A model generated the notes under the pieces. It saw only the letters and a program-made list of their open reading frames with translations. It was not told the origin of the DNA and ran no database searches. Positions 26,918 to 33,177 of a stretch of DNA of 33,177 bases are shown piece by piece. The stretch comes from a virus (taxonomy: Duplodnaviria; Caudoviricetes), in IMG/VR virus record IMGVR_UViG_3300009786_002707, positions 1 through 33,177 of that record; one strand, given 5' to 3'. Each line of letters starts with the position of its first letter. Position 1 is the first letter of the stretch. A program made the position numbers and the translations under genes.

Positions 26918-27295
26918 TTAGATATCTAGAAGACCGTTAAGATCGGGACTTGAAAAACCCTCGTTACGGCTCAAGGTTCTACAGTGTGCTGTAATCGTCA
27001 TTCCCTCGCGATCATCGTTAATAAGAACTCTTGGGTGGTTGTTGAGGCCCATAATGAGCTTGTCATAAAAAAGATTAAAATAGGCCAACTGTTTATCCGT
27101 TAGTTCTCGCATACTTTCGGGACGCCCTGTGGTGAGAATAATGTTACATCCCTTGTGATACCATTTGTTAAGGGCTTCGGTAGCACCGGGCAAGAGGTAG
27201 TTGTTTGTGGGGACTTCGCCCATCTTGACGATGGCGGAAACGCTGCCTAGGTTTTTGAAAATACATCCATCAATGTCGCAGAATATTGTATACAT
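26918..27295 (-). CDS. Small HAD-family phosphatase
   Basis: IFCDIDG motif I, LTTGRP motif II, LIND. Confidence 0.8.
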   Translation of the reverse strand: MYTIFCDIDGCIFKNLGSVSAIVKMGEVPTNNYLLPGATEALNKWYHKGCNIILTTGRPESMRELTDKQLAYFNLFYDKLIMGLNNHPRVLINDDREGMTITAHCRTLSRNEGFSSPDLNGLLDI

Positions 27296-27297
27296 AA

Positions 27298-28218
27298 CTA
27301 CCCTTCCATTATGCGTTTAACTATTCGCTCGGGACTTGGAGTCTTGTTGTCACAATGATCAGCAAATCCAGCAGTCCTGTCTTCGAGACCGAGAGTGTAC
27401 ACTGGCTTTTTCGATTTTAGCATTAGATAATTTGCGATATGTTCTGATGCCCCGCATATCTCATAGTCAGAGTCGACAACTATTCCAAAATCACTTTCCA
27501 TTAAATGACAAATAGCCTCTTCGGGCAATCTTAGTGGCTTAAGCCACACTATATTGACAAAGTGAAAATTTATATGCTTGTGTTGATTCTTAAGTATCTC
27601 GCAAGCTTTTAGCGACTCCAGCCTCGCTGCTCCTATAGCAAATATAGTAACCTTGGGCTTATGGGTAGATCTATTAAGCTTATCCTTAACATGCATGTCT
27701 TCTATATTATAGTCTATATCAAAACTTTTGCGGTGCTCGCTGCAATAAACCGGATCGTTATTCTCAAGAAAGAAATCCCATACATCTTGCCATTCAGAAG
27801 GGGTCATTGGAGAGGCAACAATAGTTCCCGGCATTCTCATAACCATACTGTGGTGCATCCCGGTGGCTACCGGACCAATAGAGCCCTCCATACCGATAGC
27901 CCGAACGAATACAGGGCACGGCTTCTTCCACATCTCCTTACTTTTGGCCGCATAATTCAGAAGGCTAGTCGCGTTGTAGGACATAAATCCCTGATATCTT
28001 ATTGCGTATATTGGCCTTCTGCCAGCCACCGCAGCGCCACACACTATCCCTGAGTTGGAAGAGTCGGAAGTGGGAAGCTCAACTACCCCCTCCTCCTCTG
28101 TCATTTCTGGAACAGTGCCGCCGATCCACCCAACCGCCGCTACGCACTGGCCGTAGAAGAGACCCCCCTGCTCTAGATGGCTTCTGGTGTTGGACTTAAT
28201 TGTTTCTGCTACATTCAT
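27298..28218 (-). CDS. TPP-dependent dehydrogenase E1 beta-like / transketolase C-terminal subunit
   Basis: ELPTSD, GAAVAGRRPI, MPG..VASPMTP, DPVYCSEHR, WLKPL. Confidence 0.85.
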   Translation of the reverse strand: MNVAETIKSNTRSHLEQGGLFYGQCVAAVGWIGGTVPEMTEEEGVVELPTSDSSNSGIVCGAAVAGRRPIYAIRYQGFMSYNATSLLNYAAKSKEMWKKPCPVFVRAIGMEGSIGPVATGMHHSMVMRMPGTIVASPMTPSEWQDVWDFFLENNDPVYCSEHRKSFDIDYNIEDMHVKDKLNRSTHKPKVTIFAIGAARLESLKACEILKNQHKHINFHFVNIVWLKPLRLPEEAICHLMESDFGIVVDSDYEICGASEHIANYLMLKSKKPVYTLGLEDRTAGFADHCDNKTPSPERIVKRIMEG

Positions 28219-29080
28219 AGGCCACATTTTTCCACAGGGATTCGGTTAGGCGTCGATGATAATTCATAATGCTATTAACGTAGGAAGTTCCAAAGTTGCG
28301 TCGCATATCCTTTAAGAGGTCTTTAAAGGAATCCCACTCGGGCTCGTTATCTATCCCACTACCCGCATGCCAGCGGTGCCTTTGACATAGGACATTTAAA
28401 AAGACAGGTCTAGGCTTTCTAATAAAGTCACAAGCCGCCTCATAGATGTCGCAGGGGCGATCTCTAAGCTCTTTAGATTCAACACCCAAGCTCTCAGCCA
28501 CATCCACAATACTCCAAGATCTTCGAACGCTTTTCTCTGTTAGTATGGAAAGATCGTTATCTTCGCACAAAAATAGAACGGGGGCATTTTTTGTGGCTGC
28601 GAATCCCATAGCCCCCAGAACGTAATCCTCTTCGGCAGCAGCGTCTCCTAGAATAACGACCGTAGGCTTCTGAGAAGCGTGAGCACATCCTACTGCGATA
28701 GGAACCTGATCTCCCAGAAGACCGGAATGGCCTATTAAATTGGCCGTTTCTGTGTTGCTAACTGACGCGGAACCTCCCATACCGGCATTGCACCCTCTGG
28801 GGTCACCACACAGTTCAAGAGCAAGGGATATGGGAATTCCTCCGAACGTAAGGTAGTAGGAATGGCACCTATGCTGGGGGAACACGTAGTAGTCTTTCAT
28901 AGAAAGACCGGCTCTCAAAAACGCTGTAAAGATGCACGGTGGAATATGTTCCGTTCCTAGAGACAGGTAGATAGGGGGCCGAACAAGTTTTTCGTCTAAA
29001 GCGACGGCTACCTGTTGCTCAAAAAAATGATTGTAGCTAGACTGTTCAAAAATCTTTTTTTCTGCTAGTGCGTCATACAT
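28196..29080 (-). CDS. TPP-dependent dehydrogenase E1 alpha-like subunit
   Basis: YLSLGTE, HRCH, GMGGS, LGDQVPIAVG, TPP motif GDAAAEE...CEDN, RWHAG. Confidence 0.88.
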   Translation of the reverse strand: MYDALAEKKIFEQSSYNHFFEQQVAVALDEKLVRPPIYLSLGTEHIPPCIFTAFLRAGLSMKDYYVFPQHRCHSYYLTFGGIPISLALELCGDPRGCNAGMGGSASVSNTETANLIGHSGLLGDQVPIAVGCAHASQKPTVVILGDAAAEEDYVLGAMGFAATKNAPVLFLCEDNDLSILTEKSVRRSWSIVDVAESLGVESKELRDRPCDIYEAACDFIRKPRPVFLNVLCQRHRWHAGSGIDNEPEWDSFKDLLKDMRRNFGTSYVNSIMNYHRRLTESLWKNVAYECSRNN

Positions 29081-29712
29081 GATCTTACCAAGACCCCTTC
29101 GGTATTTGGGTCGATGGAAAACTGCTGGGCAAGAGAAGCAAATGTCTTCCGATCAAGAGTGTCTCCCGGACCAGCTACCTTGTATTCATTGAATGATATG
29201 CCACCTTGTGTAATCATTATTAAGTCGGGTGCTCCCAGTTCCTCTATGAAGGCGACCCAGCCCAAGCTATTGATGGTGCGAACACATACTTCGCAATCTC
29301 CGACCCTTTCCCACTTTCCAGAACCGGAAAGGCCTTTATCTGGGACATCAACGTCGTCCTCTCCCCCATAAGGAATACCTGCTCGACCATAAGAATCCTC
29401 AAGCCTGACTATATCTCCCTTGTTCACCGGGTTTTCTATTTCAAATAACTGAAGAATCTCTCCTGTCATGTTCTTGGTTTGATGGAAAACTCCATGACGG
29501 ATCATAACTTTCTCACCAGTAAACACCTTCTGCTCACCGTTAAGAAACCTAACCTTTGCGCCCCCTTGCAGAACTATTAGTCCTGTTTTTTTATTAGGAT
29601 GACAATGGAGGGAAGTTCTTTCCCATTTATTTATGAATAGATGCCATATGGCGACATCTTGATTTTCATAAATAAGGTATTCATGCCCCCAAGGCTTGCG
29701 TTTTGCCTTCAT
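29065..29712 (-). CDS. Cupin protein (mannose-6-phosphate isomerase type II C-terminal-like)
   Basis: KPWGHEY, TSLHCHPNK, FHQ, EIENP...DIVRLEDSYGR. Confidence 0.8.
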   Translation of the reverse strand: MKAKRKPWGHEYLIYENQDVAIWHLFINKWERTSLHCHPNKKTGLIVLQGGAKVRFLNGEQKVFTGEKVMIRHGVFHQTKNMTGEILQLFEIENPVNKGDIVRLEDSYGRAGIPYGGEDDVDVPDKGLSGSGKWERVGDCEVCVRTINSLGWVAFIEELGAPDLIMITQGGISFNEYKVAGPGDTLDRKTFASLAQQFSIDPNTEGVLVRSCMTH

Positions 29713-30235
29713 GTGATCTGTCAAACTCCTGAAAGGCAGTGTTAAGCCACTCCCCCATGAAATCATAATGGGGACATGAGATTAAGTTTGCGTCTACAAC
29801 TACAGGACTGCGGTCATAAGTTGCTCCAGCATTGGCAATGTCTGGTTCAATTGAATAGTATCCTGAGAGGGTTCTTCCCCTTAGCACATCCGCAGTAATC
29901 AATAGCTGTCCCCCGTTGCAAATGACAAAGGTCATCTTATCAGCATTCACCCAGTTTCTAGCAAATTTAACAGCATTGCTTTCTAGTCTCAGCTTTTCTA
30001 GAGCTTTGACCCCTCCGGGGATAACTAGCACATCATAGTCGTCGATGCTATCCGGGTCTAGATCTTCCACGAGTAGATCGCAAATCATGTAGGCTCCTAA
30101 AATGCCAAAGATCCTACCTAAATTAGGACCACCAGCCAAGGTTACATCAAATCCGTGCTCTTTTAATGCATGGTACGGGTAAATTACCTCGTGGTCCTGA
30201 AATTTTTCCCAAGTTAAAACTATTGCTTTTTTCAT
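29681..30235 (-). CDS. DJ-1/PfpI family protein
   Basis: FQDHEVIYP, YDVLVIPGG, ICNG elbow, VVVDANLIS. Confidence 0.88.
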   Translation of the reverse strand: MKKAIVLTWEKFQDHEVIYPYHALKEHGFDVTLAGGPNLGRIFGILGAYMICDLLVEDLDPDSIDDYDVLVIPGGVKALEKLRLESNAVKFARNWVNADKMTFVICNGGQLLITADVLRGRTLSGYYSIEPDIANAGATYDRSPVVVDANLISCPHYDFMGEWLNTAFQEFDRSHEGKTQALGA

Positions 30236-31749
30236 TCTTCTAAGACCTTTCTCTTGAGCTTGATGGCGGTCATTCGTGTAATATTGTCCACGGCGGTGCT
30301 ACCAAACTTGTGTTCTATCATGTTTAAAAATCTGGGACTTTCAAAATAGGCGTGAAACGCATAGTCTCTAAACGCCACAATCTCCTTGGCGCTCAGGGAA
30401 TAGGTTCTGCTAGGCAAGTGATTATACGATAGGAATCCATACCCATCATAAGAATCTGGGAACTCCCAGCCTTCCGTTTTGGCCTTGAGGTAGAGGGGGC
30501 TTCCGGGCAACGCTGTGGCGCAGTACATATTTGCGTTCGCAGTGTTAAGTTCCATTGCCAGATTGAGCGTCTCCTGCATGCTGTCCCACGTGTCATGGCC
30601 CAGTCCAAAGATGTAGTTTGCGCCAACGTTGATTCCAGCATCATGAATCATCTTTACTACTTCTCGAATGTTGATGTCTTCGAACTTACCTTTAGTGATC
30701 TCCCTCCTGATCTCCTGATTACCAGCCTCAATTCCGGGCGCAAGCCAATTAACTCCAGCCTCCTTAAGCTTCTCTAGATACTTGGGCTTTACTGTGTCAA
30801 TGCGAGTGTAGGCCCAAATATTAAAGCCGTACTGTCTTTCAATAATTAGATCGCAGAGAGTCATGAAATGCTTTGGCTTCAACACCCACATTTCGTCCGC
30901 AATTTTTACCTGCTTGACTCCCTGTGCAGCGAGATAGTCAAGCTGTGTGATGGTAAACTTTGGATCCCAATACCTGAATTTATTAAAGTCGGCAGACGCT
31001 TTGCCGGAGTCATTATTGGTTCGGTTTATTATGTTTATCATACAAAACTCGCACTGAAAAATGCACCCTAGAGACGTATAGATGCTGGCAAAAGGACTTC
31101 TTTGTGAGTCGTGGTAGTTAGCGTGCCAGCCACTGGTTCTGTACTTATCCAAGCTAGGCATCAAGTCGTAAGCAACGCCGGGAAGATCGATATGCAATCT
31201 CTCTTGCGGCACTGTCCGAGAGGGGTGCGTGATATTAAGATTTCCATCTTCTTCGCGATAGCATAGTCCGTGAACCGACTTCATCGAGTCGCAGGACATG
31301 TCTGTGTCGAGAAGGCCAAGTAGCGCATAAACCCCTTCATTAGTAAGTCCGATATCAATAAAGGGGTTATCAGAAAGAGTCTCTAGGGGGAGAGCGTTTA
31401 TGTGGGGGCCAACGAAGGCTATCTTGTATTCAGGTAGACGGTCTCGGAGACCCTCTGCGGCCTCTACAGCCCCGGACATGGCTGCTGTGGACGCATTCGG
31501 GTTCTGGCCCGTCACCACAAAGAGGACGAGTCGGGGATCGTGTTCTTTCACAACATCAGCAAACTCTTCTTCAGTGGGTCTTTCTATTTCCATATCATAT
31601 ATAGCTACTCCATAACCCACACTTCTAGCCGAGTTAGCCAGAAGGCCAGCCCAAATATTCGGCTCCTTGGCAGAAAATTCATTAGCTAGTTCCTGATATA
31701 GGTTCCTAGCCGAAGGGGCCACTACTAGAAGGTCTAATGCTCTTGTCAT
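30232..31749 (-). CDS. Cobalamin-binding radical SAM enzyme (class B methyltransferase-like)
   Basis: N-terminal B12-binding-like domain (VGPH), SLGCIFQCEFC, ADE, TRIDT, GIEAG, YIFGL, ALPGSPLY. Confidence 0.9.
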   Translation of the reverse strand: MTRALDLLVVAPSARNLYQELANEFSAKEPNIWAGLLANSARSVGYGVAIYDMEIERPTEEEFADVVKEHDPRLVLFVVTGQNPNASTAAMSGAVEAAEGLRDRLPEYKIAFVGPHINALPLETLSDNPFIDIGLTNEGVYALLGLLDTDMSCDSMKSVHGLCYREEDGNLNITHPSRTVPQERLHIDLPGVAYDLMPSLDKYRTSGWHANYHDSQRSPFASIYTSLGCIFQCEFCMINIINRTNNDSGKASADFNKFRYWDPKFTITQLDYLAAQGVKQVKIADEMWVLKPKHFMTLCDLIIERQYGFNIWAYTRIDTVKPKYLEKLKEAGVNWLAPGIEAGNQEIRREITKGKFEDINIREVVKMIHDAGINVGANYIFGLGHDTWDSMQETLNLAMELNTANANMYCATALPGSPLYLKAKTEGWEFPDSYDGYGFLSYNHLPSRTYSLSAKEIVAFRDYAFHAYFESPRFLNMIEHKFGSTAVDNITRMTAIKLKRKVLEE

Positions 31750-32249
31750 TATAAATTGTCTCTAAATTCTTTTAGGGTAGGGGCTAGTCTATCTCTACAG
31801 GACACCCTCGTAGGACAAATGGGCCACCGGGGGTTAATAGTTTCGTCGTCGTAGTGGACACTCCACTGGGCGGTTGGCCCTGCGTAAAATTCACTCCACT
31901 TGTATAGAAATATACATTTATCTGTTAAGGACTGGTGACCATTAAGGTGGTGCGGGGGTACGAGAACGGAGAGGTGCTTGCCGTTGTGATTGTCAGCATC
32001 GCCTCTGAGAGTTACGCTTTCCTTAATATCATTGTCTAGGTCGTAAACCACTAGTTGACAAGCCCCGTGTAGACACGTTATAAGCTTCCACGTCTTATCG
32101 TCTCCATGGAAACCTCTTATTACCCCCTTATGGGAAACGCTCACCTTGTCCTGTACAAATTCGACATCTTGAAGCTGTCTTTGATCAAAGAAGGTGTAGA
32201 TGCATCCTCGTTCTTCACGATGTCTTTCAAACTCAAATATTGTGATCAT
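31749..32249 (-). CDS. rmlC: dTDP-4-dehydrorhamnose 3,5-epimerase family (RmlC-like)
   Basis: ERG, FVQDKVSVS.KGVIRGFH, KLITCLHG, NGHQSL, FLYK, WP, S.RD. Confidence 0.88.
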   Translation of the reverse strand: MITIFEFERHREERGCIYTFFDQRQLQDVEFVQDKVSVSHKGVIRGFHGDDKTWKLITCLHGACQLVVYDLDNDIKESVTLRGDADNHNGKHLSVLVPPHHLNGHQSLTDKCIFLYKWSEFYAGPTAQWSVHYDDETINPRWPICPTRVSCRDRLAPTLKEFRDNL

Positions 32250-33103
32250 GCTATTTTCAATAGCTTATACGAATCTGAATAGGCGATGGTAGGCTTATCA
32301 GATCCCTCATAAGGTGCTAAAACTTTATCGGTAGTCACAACTCGCTTAGTTCCAAACTCTCGCCATTCTTCCATCGGTATAAAATCATCCGCCCTTTCAG
32401 GGTTTTGATATATGTCTGAATCTAGAGTCTCCCGTGGCCTTAGGGGAAAGCTTAATATACCACGGAATGATGGGTGGCCGCACAAGGTTTTGTGTAGTAA
32501 AAAAGAATCAACTAGATAGGCTTTCCCCAGAGACATGCTCAAGTCGTACCTTCTTGACCTATCTGCTATTGCAGACCCTTCGTTATAGTCGGGGATATCT
32601 TTAATGTAGTCGGGATAAAACTCACTAGGTGGTTCGGCAAAAGCAATCCCATTTCTTTCGAGGTCTCCGAAGAGTGGAACGTGAAGCATTACACTTCTAG
32701 CCCATTCTCCAGCCCATATGTCTGTATGCCATTTGACTGAAGAGTATGCTCTACTTGCAATATGCAAAGAGGGATCTCCCCATGGCAACCTTACGTTTAT
32801 CGGCATGTACGCTGCTTCACAGGCATCAGTTAGGCCTAAAAAATTCGCAAGTCTCACAGTGTTCTTGACTACTACGTTATACGAAAAAGAACATTCTTGC
32901 TTGGGTAGCAGTAGGCCGTTTGGAGTACGATTTGGAAGATTCATTATTTCATTAGTATGAAGAGATGACAATTTTTCTATGCTAAGATCTGGGTCAAAAG
33001 TTGATTCTGGATACCACTCAAAAAGACAGTCGAGAATATAGCTTTTAACTGAGCCTTGGAGACTTTGCAGTATGTTTTGGTCTAGGTCGACCTCGGCTAT
33101 CAA
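32246..33103 (-). CDS. Hypothetical protein, possible Fe(II)/2-oxoglutarate dioxygenase fold
   Basis: WHTDIW (HxD)...LHVPL...DSFLLHKT...R facial-triad-like spacing. TTG start in a TTGA overlap. Confidence 0.55.
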   Translation of the reverse strand: MIAEVDLDQNILQSLQGSVKSYILDCLFEWYPESTFDPDLSIEKLSSLHTNEIMNLPNRTPNGLLLPKQECSFSYNVVVKNTVRLANFLGLTDACEAAYMPINVRLPWGDPSLHIASRAYSSVKWHTDIWAGEWARSVMLHVPLFGDLERNGIAFAEPPSEFYPDYIKDIPDYNEGSAIADRSRRYDLSMSLGKAYLVDSFLLHKTLCGHPSFRGILSFPLRPRETLDSDIYQNPERADDFIPMEEWREFGTKRVVTTDKVLAPYEGSDKPTIAYSDSYKLLKIA

Positions 33104-33177
33104 GTTTTCTGAGAAGGAGGGCTCTCCCTTTAAGAGGGATAATAATCTCCGGTTTCTTTCTTTGATTATGTGTTCCA
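33100..33177 (-). CDS. 3' end of an upstream gene (partial)
   Basis: Open frame GTHNQRKKPEIIIPLKGRAPPSQKT* whose TGA overlaps the next TTG start. Confidence 0.5.

Noticed and set aside
89-32960. Numerous plus-strand ORFs of 60-160 aa in the track
   Set aside because: They lie antisense to well-supported minus-strand genes, and I saw no convincing RBS or recognisable motif. They are treated as shadow ORFs, except 14367-14708.
1-33177. Stop-codon reassignment, tRNAs, cobalamin riboswitch
   Set aside because: Conserved genes are full length in the standard code and all three stops terminate genes. Intergenic gaps are short and show no cloverleaf or B12-box that I could recognise.

Overview
A gene-dense, roughly mid-40s %GC fragment that looks like a large dsDNA bacteriophage genome. 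Evidence: GGAG/AGGTG ribosome-binding sites, ATGA/TTGA start-stop overlaps, almost every gene on the minus strand, a short RecA/UvsX, a phage-type class II RNR and many ORFans. There are three blocks. (i) 1-15260: recombination and nucleotide metabolism (RecA, DUF559-like nuclease, NrdJ, dCMP deaminase, GMP reductase, SSB, a GT4 glycosyltransferase, and a thymidylate-synthase homologue that has lost essentially all catalytic residues but keeps an intact ORF). (ii) 15341-21482: exported or virion-type genes, including a Tat-signal matrixin metalloprotease and a 779-aa membrane-anchored trypsin-like protease. (iii) 21513-33177: a translationally coupled cluster of at least 13 genes for nucleotide-sugar synthesis and transfer (HddA-like kinase, epimerases, His-for-Lys ColD/RfbH-type dehydratase, TPP E1 alpha/beta pair, B12 radical SAM, 2OG-Fe-like enzyme, duplicated GT-A glycosyltransferases). 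A recurring GGTGTAYWA motif at gene boundaries looks like a phage promoter. Product calls come from motif recognition by eye only. No searches were run, and no tRNA, CRISPR array or IS element was recognised.
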